Sequence record: NC_049340.1
DNA length: 64,000 nucleotides
Direction: 5' to 3' (one strand)
In this document: piece after piece, positions 10,218 through 20,137 of the stretch
Numbering within the stretch: position 1 is the stretch's first letter
Layout of the letters: each line of letters opens with the position of its first letter
Translations under genes and position numbers: made by a program
Notes under the pieces: generated by a model
The model's database searches: none
Seen by the model: only the letters and a program-made list of their open reading frames with translations
What the model was told of the DNA's origin: nothing

Positions 10218-11042
10218 ATGAGTATAGAAACATTTTATATTGGTGGTAAGGAATTAACCAAAGAACAACTTAAATCAGATTTTAACATACCTACAGATAA
10301 TATTGATATTGTTGGTGTGAATTTAGTATCAACAAACGCTGATGACTTCATTAGACGTGCAAAGTTCTTAGAGGTTTGGAAGTGTTTTCCAATTGATGGG
10401 TTTGCTGATAAAACATATTTCAAGATTTATGATGGTTTGTTTACTGGTGAAGATAAGCAACCGTTAGATATTTTTAATGATTGTGTTGTTAATTTAAATA
10501 CACTTTCAAATATTGGTCTTGGTGAAAAAACTTCAATTAAATTTGTTGATGGTATTAATGGTCACAAAAACAATAAAATAACAATTGATAAAGTTGTTAG
10601 AATGATGGTTGTTGATGGTGCTGGTGATTCAACCATTGAAGAATTTGCACACTATCTTTGTGATAATCCATATGACTTTAGTGGTAAAACAAAAGTAGTT
10701 ATTGATGAGTTAAAAGGTAGTTCAGGTCGAATTGATGATACTATTGAATACTTAGAAGAGTATGGAATTGTAGTTGAGTCTTTAGCACCAAGAGAAGAGG
10801 CATCTGCTGATGATATTACTTTTGTTATGACAGGTAGACCACAGGCATGTGGATTTGAGGGTACAAAGGCTGTATTCAAATCACAATTACCATCTAACTG
10901 GACAGAAGTTAAGAAATTAACCACAGACACAACCTATTTAATTACTGGTGATTTAAATTCAACAAGTTCTAAGACAAAAACAGCATTAAAGAACGGTACT
11001 AAAATCATCACATACATGCAAGCACTAGAATTATGCAAATAG
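10218..11042 (+). CDS. HhH + BRCT protein resembling the C-terminal part of NAD+-dependent DNA ligase
   Basis: C-terminal BRCT (ITFVMTGR...KKLTTDTTYLITGDLNSTSSKTKTALKNGTKII); HhH-like FPIDGFADKT; no KxDG adenylation domain. Confidence 0.6.
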   Translation: MSIETFYIGGKELTKEQLKSDFNIPTDNIDIVGVNLVSTNADDFIRRAKFLEVWKCFPIDGFADKTYFKIYDGLFTGEDKQPLDIFNDCVVNLNTLSNIGLGEKTSIKFVDGINGHKNNKITIDKVVRMMVVDGAGDSTIEEFAHYLCDNPYDFSGKTKVVIDELKGSSGRIDDTIEYLEEYGIVVESLAPREEASADDITFVMTGRPQACGFEGTKAVFKSQLPSNWTEVKKLTTDTTYLITGDLNSTSSKTKTALKNGTKIITYMQALELCK

Positions 11043-11287
11043 GATTACAGGAATATACAGAATTAATAATTGATGTTACGTTAATGGGTGAATTGTTTTC
11101 AAACACACAAGACCCAACAGACTATGATTATTGTATTCAAGAATGGGAAAATCAGATATCTAGATATGATGTACAATTAGACCCACACTATCATAGTAAA
11201 CTTGAAAGACAATTAGATATTCTAAAACACCTTAAAGAATTAGCCAAGGAAGAGAAATTTATAAACTTTATACCAACAACGGATTAA
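11033..11287 (+). CDS. hypothetical protein
   Basis: ORF in operon. Confidence 0.45.
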   Translation: MQIGLQEYTELIIDVTLMGELFSNTQDPTDYDYCIQEWENQISRYDVQLDPHYHSKLERQLDILKHLKELAKEEKFINFIPTTD

Positions 11288-11288
11288 T

Positions 11289-11933
11289 ATGAGACAAAAT
11301 TTTACAGTTGCTTTATTCGATAAGAATTACAACTTATTTACGAAGACAAATGGTTTACAAAAACCAGTATTTAAAATTCCTGAACATGATACAAGACTTC
11401 ACGAAATTTCAGAAGAGTGTCATTTTTATATTGATGAGGAAATGTACATGACTTTAGATTGTCAAGGTGTTCCATTTAGATACACAAAAGTTTTTGTAGA
11501 TAATCCAAAACAATTCACCAACAATAAGTATTGCACTTTTTATAGAAAGTCTGACTTTGTTGAGCAAGTTAAGAAGTACAACACACTTTATGAAAATAAG
11601 CCATTATTCTTTATGGGTGGTTCGGAGTTCTTATCTGTTGCACTAAAGTTAAGTAATAAACTTTTGGTTACTTATGTTGACACTTCTGTTAGTGGTGCAT
11701 TTGATAAGTTTCCACTAGAGCAAGCTAAAACATTTTTCACAGGACGTAGAAAAATTGAACCTACTTTACTAAAGGAAGTTAGAAAACACCGAAAGGAACT
11801 TAGAAGAAAGCGTAAAAATCAATACGAAATTGCACCTAATGGTATGAAAGTTATTAAGGAAGTTCACTCAGATAAATATACATCAGATGTCTTAAACATT
11901 CCTGATTATATGTTCTACGAATACAGAAGATAA
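11289..11933 (+). CDS. degenerate DHFR-fold protein
   Basis: PLFFMGGSEFLSVALKLSNKLLVTYVDTSVSGAFDKFP matches DHFR IGGxEIY...LYLTxI...GDTFFP; C-terminal YMFYEYRR; GRKT motif is missing. Confidence 0.55.
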   Translation: MRQNFTVALFDKNYNLFTKTNGLQKPVFKIPEHDTRLHEISEECHFYIDEEMYMTLDCQGVPFRYTKVFVDNPKQFTNNKYCTFYRKSDFVEQVKKYNTLYENKPLFFMGGSEFLSVALKLSNKLLVTYVDTSVSGAFDKFPLEQAKTFFTGRRKIEPTLLKEVRKHRKELRRKRKNQYEIAPNGMKVIKEVHSDKYTSDVLNIPDYMFYEYRR

Positions 11934-11934
11934 T

Positions 11935-12255
11935 ATGAAATTAAACGCAAAACACTTAAAGAAAATGTACTTAGATGAAAATGGTCTAAGTACATTCAAC
12001 AAACATAATAACAACCTTTATACTAAATTTCTAGAGGAACGGTTATGTGAATTAATGAACCAATCACACAAAGATTATATTAAGGATAAAATTAAAGTGT
12101 GGTTATCTGATGAGTATAGTGATGAAGAAATTGAAACTTTTTTAACCACTTCAAAAATATATACCATATCACCTACTATTGTAAGAATAAATTATGATAA
12201 TGGACTTTTTGATGTAATTGAAATTAAACGCAAATATAAAAATAGAACACTATAA
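11935..12255 (+). CDS. hypothetical protein
   Basis: ORF in operon. Confidence 0.5.
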   Translation: MKLNAKHLKKMYLDENGLSTFNKHNNNLYTKFLEERLCELMNQSHKDYIKDKIKVWLSDEYSDEEIETFLTTSKIYTISPTIVRINYDNGLFDVIEIKRKYKNRTL

Positions 12256-12264
12256 TCCTAAGAC

Positions 12265-12804
12265 ATGATTAATAAAAAACAAGCACAGTATTACCTAGAT
12301 AATTGTAAAACACACTCACTTATACAAAAAGTGTGTAGAATACAGGGTAATTATATACCAGCAGAGGAAGCAAAGGATAATAAGACCTGTAGATATAAAA
12401 TACAAAGACAAATTTCATTTATACAGGATGGTGTTAGTCGTAAACTTATGGTAGTTAACGAAAACTCTTTGTTATTTTGGAAAAGGTATCTTAACACATT
12501 ATATACACTAAAAAATTGTGGTTTATTAGTTGATGATATAATGAAGATGTTTATGAATGATAGATTCCTAAGCTACAAATCAAGTATTAGTGACATTACG
12601 AACTTTCATACAATAAAACTAACTTCATATAAAAATGAAATTGAATCTTATAAACTAAATAAGGTTGATTCAGATACATTTAATTTGTTTGTTGTGTTTT
12701 ATGATGGTGTATCAATAAACATAACACTAAACAATGCTGAATCTGTTAATGCTTGTTTTAAATCAAAACAAGAAATAGTAATTCATAAATTCAATAACAA
12801 ATGA
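12265..12804 (+). CDS. hypothetical protein
   Basis: ORF in operon. Confidence 0.5.
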   Translation: MINKKQAQYYLDNCKTHSLIQKVCRIQGNYIPAEEAKDNKTCRYKIQRQISFIQDGVSRKLMVVNENSLLFWKRYLNTLYTLKNCGLLVDDIMKMFMNDRFLSYKSSISDITNFHTIKLTSYKNEIESYKLNKVDSDTFNLFVVFYDGVSINITLNNAESVNACFKSKQEIVIHKFNNK

Positions 12805-13781
12805 TGAAAGGTTATTCAGAAACTCAATTAAATAGATACTTAAAGGACTCACCTATATTAAACTATGATGCAACAACACCTGTTGATATACTTCAATACT
12901 ATATAACAAATGTTAGAGCAATTAACGCTGTACAACAATCTAATTCGTTTGTATTAGCTAACCATGATTTTGTTTTAGATTCTGTTGAATTTTTTGATAC
13001 ACACGCCATAGCCAAGATATCTAATGGTTCTATGACATATACTTCAATTTATATTAAAGCTGACCATAGAGGTAAAGGTGTGTATACTGATGTAGTTAAA
13101 TCATTATCATGGGAGGATTCTAAAATACTAACAACTAAATCGTGTAAGTTAGATGTTGATAGATTAGAAAGTAAATTAGGTGTTTCTTTTGTTATAGCAA
13201 ACTCAGCATTGGATGATATTTCTGACAGTCCATATATTAAAATCATAATGGAAGCGTATGGTGACAAAAGAACAAAGAGAACAAACGTTCCTTATATGAA
13301 CCATATCTTTGAGGGTATGCAAGTAATTAATCACTTCAAAAATAAGTATACATTTTATGAATTAAAAACCGCATTATTTGCATACATACTTCATCCAATA
13401 TTCCAAGCATTCGACAACAACCACAAACAAGTAGTTGATAAGTATATAAATTTCTTAAAGAGTGATGTGATATTTAACTCAGTATCATATGGACATGAAG
13501 CGAACAGTTATCTAAGATACCATTATCAAGATGGCAAGGATTTAACTTTTAATAAGTATGAAAACCCTATTGTTGGTTTAGCATTAATTGCAGATAAGAT
13601 TCAAAATTTCAAAGACCTTGAATTGTGGTATGGTAATTCAACACATGAACACTATGATGACCTAGAAGCATATTTTAATGTGTGGTTACAAAACTTAGGT
13701 ATTAGTGAATATGACTATAAAAAATTACGAAATAATTTAATAAAACCAACTAGCTATATCATAACAAATCTTTTTGATTAG
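12801..13781 (+). CDS. GNAT-like + SpoT/Mesh1-like HD domain fusion
   Basis: GNAT motif A IYIKADHRGKGVY; HD-like RTNVPYMNHI, YILHPIFQ, ALIADKIQNF. Confidence 0.55.
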   Translation: MMKGYSETQLNRYLKDSPILNYDATTPVDILQYYITNVRAINAVQQSNSFVLANHDFVLDSVEFFDTHAIAKISNGSMTYTSIYIKADHRGKGVYTDVVKSLSWEDSKILTTKSCKLDVDRLESKLGVSFVIANSALDDISDSPYIKIIMEAYGDKRTKRTNVPYMNHIFEGMQVINHFKNKYTFYELKTALFAYILHPIFQAFDNNHKQVVDKYINFLKSDVIFNSVSYGHEANSYLRYHYQDGKDLTFNKYENPIVGLALIADKIQNFKDLELWYGNSTHEHYDDLEAYFNVWLQNLGISEYDYKKLRNNLIKPTSYIITNLFD

Positions 13782-13782
13782 T

Positions 13783-13805
13783 AAAGCACCCTTTGGGTGC
13801 TTTTT
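13783..13805 (+). terminator. intrinsic terminator
   Basis: aaagcaccc-ttt-gggtgcttttt. Confidence 0.75.
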
Positions 13806-13953
13806 GTTATATAATGATATTTAAGAGACTTTATACAACAATCTATATCAATATACCAAACATATAACAAAAGTCTCTTAAATTACACACCACATTCCAA
13901 ATTAAGGGTGTTCATACATAGATAAAAGGTAATACTATATAAATATTTGAACT

Positions 13954-15473
13954 ATGCCATTAATTACTAAAATAAATAACTATGATGGAACATTTGTACC
14001 ATCTACACCATTATCTGATAGTGCTACTATCAACAGTACATATATAAAACGCTCACAACAAGAAGAGATATTAGTTAAGAGTACTAATCCAATTTACACA
14101 TATACTGAGGATACTTATGAAGCACGTTTATATTCAAATGAAATGAGTATAGTAACTGATATAATTAAGGTTACACATTCAGCAGGTGCTACATACACTT
14201 TTGTACATGACACATCAGATAGTGTAAGAACTTCATATTTATTAACAGTAACATCAGAGAGTGGTAAAACAGTTACCAAACGTAGGATAGTTCCTATTAA
14301 TATTGGTTCTGTTAGTCCAACACTTACAATCAATACAATAACTGATGGTAATTTTTATACATCAAAGCCTAGATATTTTTCCGAGCAAAATGTAACAGTT
14401 AGTAGAAATACGTTAAAGGTTGGTGTTATTGAAGTAACAACATTCAATAATGCTAGTCAATATTTCAATTTAACTATAAAAACATCAAATGCTAGTTCAA
14501 CACTTACATATATTGCTAAAACAACATCAGAACCTAATAGTTTAAATACACACGGTACTACATTAACAGCTTTTAATACGACTGAGGATGCTGTATTAGA
14601 TGATAATTTCGTATATGCTAAAGTTGTTGCTGGTAGTGATATAATCTATTTTAAATTAGTTCAGAGTGGTACAGTATCCAGTACAACCACATTAGATTCA
14701 TTAAAAAAGTTAATGAGCAATAAATGGTTTTATGTTTATAATAACAGAACTGCTGTTAAAGTTAGTGATTTAACAGGCGCACAAGTTGTTGAAGCTGAAT
14801 CTAAGACAGATGCAGATTTAAGAACATGGTTAAGCGGATTAACAAAAACATATCACGATGTATCAACACACTTGGTTACATTAAGGGATTTAACTGCTAC
14901 ACAGAACCAACAAACATTTATTGACTTAAAGGCATACAATGACTCTAATATACAATCTTTCACACAATCTGATGTTAAGGATATGGGTGCAAGTATTGCA
15001 GGTGAATTATATACAATATTTAATGCATTAGATACGGCAACCAAGGCTGGATTTAAACACACATTAAATTGGTTTCAATATATTAGAGATAGAAAATATG
15101 ACCATATTGTATCACCAAACGTAACAGTTAGTGAGCGTAATAGGGTATTATCACAAGCTAAGTCGGACTTCCAAAAGGAGTTTTCACACGCATCTGTATT
15201 ATACAAGTACGTTAATGATAGATATCTTGAACACTTTATAAGAAAATTTAAGTATATTAAGGGATTAATAGATGGTAACAATTGGTTTATGAAACATCTG
15301 TTGATAAAGTTAACATTATTATTCAGGCATTAGAGAGCGTTAAAGCTAAGTCCATTGATGGTGCATCATTCAACGCATTTGTGGAACCATTGGTTTATGA
15401 ATTTGCCAATCAATTAGAATTTATGAAAACCAAAGATAATACCATACAAAGAATTGTATGGGTTAATACATAA
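13954..15473 (+). CDS. probable virion structural protein (one apparent frameshift near 15280)
   Basis: Thr/Ser-rich; restoring one A at about 15280 joins ORFs 13954-15333 and 15282-15473. Confidence 0.5.
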
Positions 15474-15484
15474 AATATAATACT

Positions 15485-15832
15485 ATGGTAGAATTTTTAC
15501 AAAGGGTGGATGTTTGGAAAGTTTTTATGGTGATTACCATGATACTTTCTTTATATACACTATTTAAAAAGAACAGGGGTGAGACTAACATTATGGCATT
15601 GATAAAGGCTATACACTCGCCAAAAAACACACAAGCATCTTGGGTTAGATGGGCATCAAGTATGGTAATTTTACTTACATTTTCACTTGCATTCTATCAA
15701 CAACACTCAAATGGTAGCGTACAAGAAACCTTGGTAATATCTTTAATAGGATTAGCACTTGGTAGTAAGGTTGCTCAAAAAGCTATTGAAACAAGAAATA
15801 AAAATAAAGAAAACGAAGACGAAATAGAATAA
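15485..15832 (+). CDS. putative holin / small membrane protein
   Basis: Three hydrophobic segments and a highly charged C-terminus (TRNKNKENEDEIE); TAATACAT upstream. Confidence 0.5.
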   Translation: MVEFLQRVDVWKVFMVITMILSLYTLFKKNRGETNIMALIKAIHSPKNTQASWVRWASSMVILLTFSLAFYQQHSNGSVQETLVISLIGLALGSKVAQKAIETRNKNKENEDEIE

Positions 15833-15853
15833 AACTTATATATTTGCACACTT

Positions 15854-17695
15854 ATGAAATTATTTGAAACAATAAACGAATCATTCGAACATAACGAACA
15901 ACAAATGGTTTTCGAAAACAACGCTGAGTTTGTTTTCGAAAAACTTGTAACACTTGGCAATAAAGCATATCCTAAATTTGGTAATGTTGTTATTATGGCT
16001 GGTGGAGCAGGTTGTTATCCAAAAGGTACTGAGTTTTTCGATGGTAAAGGATGGAAACCAATTGACCAATATGAAACAGGTGACAAGGTGTTACAATATA
16101 ATATGGATGGTACAACTGAATTAGTACAACCTTTAGATTATATTAACTTACCTGTTGATAAATTCACTAGAATAAAAAACCGAAGAGTTGATTTTGTTAC
16201 ATCAGAAACACACAAACATCTTGTTATTAACGATAAAACCAAGAAGTTAGAAACTAAATTAACTAGTGAACTTAGAAATAAACACGAAAACTTATCTAGA
16301 GGTAACAAGGTTAAATTAGTAACTTCATTCAAATATGGAGGTGATGGTATTAATTTAAGTAATGATGAAATAATGCTTAAAGTTGCTATTTTTGCTGATG
16401 ATCATTTTCTACCAAGAGTTGGTGAACCTAAGTGTAGAGTATCATTAAAAAAGACTAGAAAAATAAAAAGGTTTGAGGATTTATTAAAAAGCAACAACAT
16501 TGAGTATAAAAAATATGAAGAAAATGGATTCCAGCGATTTGAGTTTACTTATAATTCAAATGAAAAGGAATTTGAGTCATATTGGTATAATGCATCAAAT
16601 GACCAATTAAAGGTTATATGTGATGAAGTGTTATTGTGGGATGGTAGTACAGTTAATAGAGATAACAGAAAATCTAGATTATCATATTGTACAACATCTA
16701 AAAAATCAATGGACTTCATACAATTTGCTTTTGCATCATGTGGAATTGATACTAAAATAGGTACTGATGTAAGAGTTGACAGAAAACCATGTTATGAATT
16801 AACAATTAACTATACTAAAGGTGTTGGTATTTCAAAAAATCCTAGGGTAGAAAATACAACATCAATGGAAATTGTTGATATGGGTGATAGGATGTATTGT
16901 TTTACAGTTCCTAGTGGATTTTTTGTTGTTAGACAAAGTAACAAAATATATGTAAGTGGTAATAGTGGAAAAGGATTCATTATCAGTAACTTACTTGGTA
17001 TGGAGGGTAAAACTTTTGATGTTGATGCATTAAAGGCATTAAGTTTAAAATCAACTAAGATTGCTGACAAGGTTAAGCGAGAGTTTGGTGTTGATTTAAA
17101 GAACATGAATTTGAGAACTGCCAAGGATGTTGGAACATTACATGACATTATTGGTGGTGCTTTAAAGTTACCTAAGAAAGCACAACAAGCAACATACGCT
17201 AGTATTTTAACAGCAAATCCTGAAAGAAAACCAAATTTATTATTTGATGTAACCTTAAAGGATATTTCTAAATTATCATCAATTACTCGTGATGTACAGC
17301 AATTAGGTTATGATAAAAAGAATATACATATTGTATGGGTTGTTAATGATATTGAGGTGGCTATTGACCAAAATAAAAAGAGGTCACGAGTTGTACCACA
17401 GGATATTTTACTAGCTACACATAGAGGTGTTGCATTAACCATGAATGATATTGCAACAAACGCACTTGATTTAGGTGAGTATATGGATGGTGATATTTGG
17501 TTTGTGTTTAATAAGCGTGGTGTTGATTCTACTCTACAATTTTCTAAGAAAGGTGGTATGAGTGTTAAGGATGCAGAAACAGTTAAAATTAAGGCTAGTG
17601 GTAAGAAAATTGACCAATCTAAATTAACTAAAGATGTTATAAATAAAATTGTATCATATGTACCAAAAGTTAATAGTTGGAAACACGAAGAATAA
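15854..17695 (+). CDS. zeta-toxin/AAA_33-like P-loop kinase interrupted by an intein
   Basis: Spliced Walker A GGAG|SGKG; Walker B NLLFD; lid VAIDQNKKRSRVVP. Confidence 0.8.
   Translation: MKLFETINESFEHNEQQMVFENNAEFVFEKLVTLGNKAYPKFGNVVIMAGGAGCYPKGTEFFDGKGWKPIDQYETGDKVLQYNMDGTTELVQPLDYINLPVDKFTRIKNRRVDFVTSETHKHLVINDKTKKLETKLTSELRNKHENLSRGNKVKLVTSFKYGGDGINLSNDEIMLKVAIFADDHFLPRVGEPKCRVSLKKTRKIKRFEDLLKSNNIEYKKYEENGFQRFEFTYNSNEKEFESYWYNASNDQLKVICDEVLLWDGSTVNRDNRKSRLSYCTTSKKSMDFIQFAFASCGIDTKIGTDVRVDRKPCYELTINYTKGVGISKNPRVENTTSMEIVDMGDRMYCFTVPSGFFVVRQSNKIYVSGNSGKGFIISNLLGMEGKTFDVDALKALSLKSTKIADKVKREFGVDLKNMNLRTAKDVGTLHDIIGGALKLPKKAQQATYASILTANPERKPNLLFDVTLKDISKLSSITRDVQQLGYDKKNIHIVWVVNDIEVAIDQNKKRSRVVPQDILLATHRGVALTMNDIATNALDLGEYMDGDIWFVFNKRGVDSTLQFSKKGGMSVKDAETVKIKASGKKIDQSKLTKDVINKIVSYVPKVNSWKHEE
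16013..16963 (+). mobile_element. intein (317 aa) with LAGLIDADG-type endonuclease
   Basis: Begins CYPKGTEFF; block B VTSETHKHL; ends CFTVPSGFFVVRQSNKIYVSGN with Ser+1; endonuclease motifs KVAIFADDH and EVLLWDGS. Confidence 0.9.
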
Positions 17696-17764
17696 AAACA
17701 ACAAATTACTAGGCAAATAAAAATAATTGTTTTATATTTGTCTAGTAATTTTAGAAAATAAAAC

Positions 17765-18505
17765 ATGAAAGAATTAATAAAACATATTCAAGAATCTTTT
17801 GATAATACAGATAATGAAGTTGTAATTGACAATTCATTTGTTTCTGAATCAGTAGAACAAATGAATGAGGGTGCTAATGACCCATTATCAGATATTTCTA
17901 AATTACATACATTAGAACCAATTAAGATTAGACGTGCCTTAGTAAAATTACTAAAAATGTTTTACGAAAAACAAGGTTGGGATAAATCTAGTCCAAAGGC
18001 ATATAATGATATTGATGTTGTTAGTATCAAAGGTTATCCTAAACACATTTTAAGAAATGAGTTTAGAAATAATAAAAAAGCTGTTGAGTTATTTTCACCA
18101 ATGTTAAAAGCTAGTGATAAACTTTATGATTTTAATACCGAGTATATCAAAGTACATAATGCTTTATTTGCTGAGTATAGTAAAATTGGTAAGGCTGAAA
18201 TATTAAATGCTGTTGAAGATACAAACATTCAATCAATTTTAAGAAATCAATTAGATGATGAGGGTGATGCTGTTTCAGTATTTGTGTTCCTCTCAGAATC
18301 TGATTTTGCTGAGGTTGGTTTTAGAATGTATTCTGAAAAAGAAATCATAAAGGCACTAAAGCCACTAAAAAAGATTCTTAATGATTATGAGATTAAATCT
18401 GTTCGTGATGGTTTCGCACTTAGTGGTAGCTTAAAATCATTTGATAAGGCTACAAAGAAATTAAGAGCCGATTGGGTTAAGAAAGTAATTAAAAGTGGTA
18501 AGTAA
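17765..18505 (+). CDS. hypothetical protein, possible internal head protein
   Basis: N-terminal IQESF/VSESV/MNEG motifs. Confidence 0.5.
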   Translation: MKELIKHIQESFDNTDNEVVIDNSFVSESVEQMNEGANDPLSDISKLHTLEPIKIRRALVKLLKMFYEKQGWDKSSPKAYNDIDVVSIKGYPKHILRNEFRNNKKAVELFSPMLKASDKLYDFNTEYIKVHNALFAEYSKIGKAEILNAVEDTNIQSILRNQLDDEGDAVSVFVFLSESDFAEVGFRMYSEKEIIKALKPLKKILNDYEIKSVRDGFALSGSLKSFDKATKKLRADWVKKVIKSGK

Positions 18506-18506
18506 T

Positions 18507-18770
18507 ATGGAAAAACAATTTAAAGCACTTGTAACGTCTGTAAAGAAGTCTAAACAAGTTAAATTTGTCGAACACTCTATTTATGATAAGGATGCTATGC
18601 TTATCATAACCGATAGGAAGAGTGTTAAAGTTGGGAAGATTGCTAAAGATACTATAAAAGATTTTGATTTAACAATTGAAGTTGTTAATGATGATATAAC
18701 AAGAGTTATCTTTAATGAAAGAAAATCTGCTGATGCATTTAATGATGTATCTGAGGCAGTAATTGAATAA
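18507..18770 (+). CDS. hypothetical protein
   Basis: ORF followed by a terminator at 18769-18796. Confidence 0.5.
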   Translation: MEKQFKALVTSVKKSKQVKFVEHSIYDKDAMLIITDRKSVKVGKIAKDTIKDFDLTIEVVNDDITRVIFNERKSADAFNDVSEAVIE

Positions 18771-18808
18771 AGTTGGCGCATTTGCGCCAACTTTTTGTTG
18801 TTTTATAA

Positions 18809-18860
18809 TATTACACAATTACGGAATATTTACACATTATTACACAATTACGAAATATTT
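18809..18860 (+). repeat. 2 x 23 bp direct repeat (period 29) upstream of a promoter
   Basis: tattacacaattacg(g/a)aatattt at 18809 and 18838. Confidence 0.8.
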
Positions 18861-18875
18861 TTATATATTTGTATA

Positions 18876-19037
18876 ATGAAAGTAGAACAAACGAAATGTC
18901 CGAACTTATGTTTTAATGGAAGTGTTAAACACTTCACGGAAGATAGAGCATTATTCACAATGGATAATTGTAAGTTTTGTAAAGGTACTGGTACAGTTCC
19001 AAAAGATGAATATGAATCAATTAATAAAAGTATATAG
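18876..19037 (+). CDS. small zinc-finger-like protein
   Basis: CPNLCFNG and CKFCKGTG (DnaJ-type CxxCxGxG). Confidence 0.45.
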   Translation: MKVEQTKCPNLCFNGSVKHFTEDRALFTMDNCKFCKGTGTVPKDEYESINKSI

Positions 19038-19262
19038 ATGAGAAAATTTAAAAGTATTAAGGACTTTAGTAAGTACTTAAAAGAACATAAGCCAAAGGAA
19101 ATTTATTGTGAGTGTTTTTCTGATGAATATCCATATATCATAATATCAAAATACACACACAAAAGGTTAAGTGGTATTTATAATAAACAAGGTGTTATAT
19201 TGGTGGCTGATTTTAGTGACCTTAGTTGGTTATTTAAAGAAACTTTATATGTTATTGAATAA
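19038..19262 (+). CDS. hypothetical protein
   Basis: ORF in operon. Confidence 0.5.
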   Translation: MRKFKSIKDFSKYLKEHKPKEIYCECFSDEYPYIIISKYTHKRLSGIYNKQGVILVADFSDLSWLFKETLYVIE

Positions 19263-19320
19263 TTATTTTGTTATTTAGAATATTATTTGTATATTGCACA
19301 TGTATTAACAAACAAAGATT

Positions 19321-19713
19321 ATGAAAAGAGTTCAAATATCAAATCATTTATTAGATAGACTTAAAGAAAGACTTAACGAATTTTCTGAAATTGATATTCA
19401 GAATAAATTAAGAAACCAATTTTTTAAGAACATCAAACTAGTATCAAACCATCATTTCGAGAATTATATTGATTATGCTGTTAAATTAGGTGAATTTGAA
19501 CCAAACAAAAACTCTAAATATTATTATGAGATTGATGGTAGAGATTATTATCGACTTAATGATTTCTTCGGTAAAGATTCTACAGGTAATGAGATTTGGG
19601 TTATTGTAAGAAGAAACAGATTAATTACTGTAATGTTAAGAAAAACAATACAACCATACAGTAAGATGCGTTGTGATAAAATAATAAGAAATGTTAATGA
19701 ATTAATATTCTAA
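19321..19713 (+). CDS. hypothetical protein, possible BECR/RelE-like fold
   Basis: SNHLLDRLKER at the N-terminus and WVIVRRNRLITVM at the C-terminus. Confidence 0.35.
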   Translation: MKRVQISNHLLDRLKERLNEFSEIDIQNKLRNQFFKNIKLVSNHHFENYIDYAVKLGEFEPNKNSKYYYEIDGRDYYRLNDFFGKDSTGNEIWVIVRRNRLITVMLRKTIQPYSKMRCDKIIRNVNELIF

Positions 19714-19717
19714 GATA

Positions 19718-20137
19718 ATGAAAAATTTAAAAAACATAGATTCAAGAAAATTAGTATCAAGCACACTATTTGATGTTAAAGATGGTGATACATTCCACAC
19801 AAAGAGCATGAGAATTACAGGTTTTGGTACTACGTGGAAAGTTATTAAAGTAACACCTAAATTAATGGAATTACCAAGAATTAATTATTACAAGAACCCA
19901 AAGAACAAAACCTATACTGATAGGAATCCTAAAGTTAGGTGTAATAATTGTAACAGACCAATTAAACAAAATGTAATTGACCGTAAGCAAATAACACCAT
20001 GGTTTTGTTATCATTGTTACTTACGTTTAGTAAAGGGATATTTAAATATCACAATTACACGTAAGAAAAACGGATTAACAAAAACCATTCATTTACCAAC
20101 AAAGATTGAATTAAATAAAAAGAAATTTAGACGATGA
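19718..20137 (+). CDS. hypothetical protein with CxxC pairs
   Basis: CNNC and CYHC. Confidence 0.5.
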   Translation: MKNLKNIDSRKLVSSTLFDVKDGDTFHTKSMRITGFGTTWKVIKVTPKLMELPRINYYKNPKNKTYTDRNPKVRCNNCNRPIKQNVIDRKQITPWFCYHCYLRLVKGYLNITITRKKNGLTKTIHLPTKIELNKKKFRR

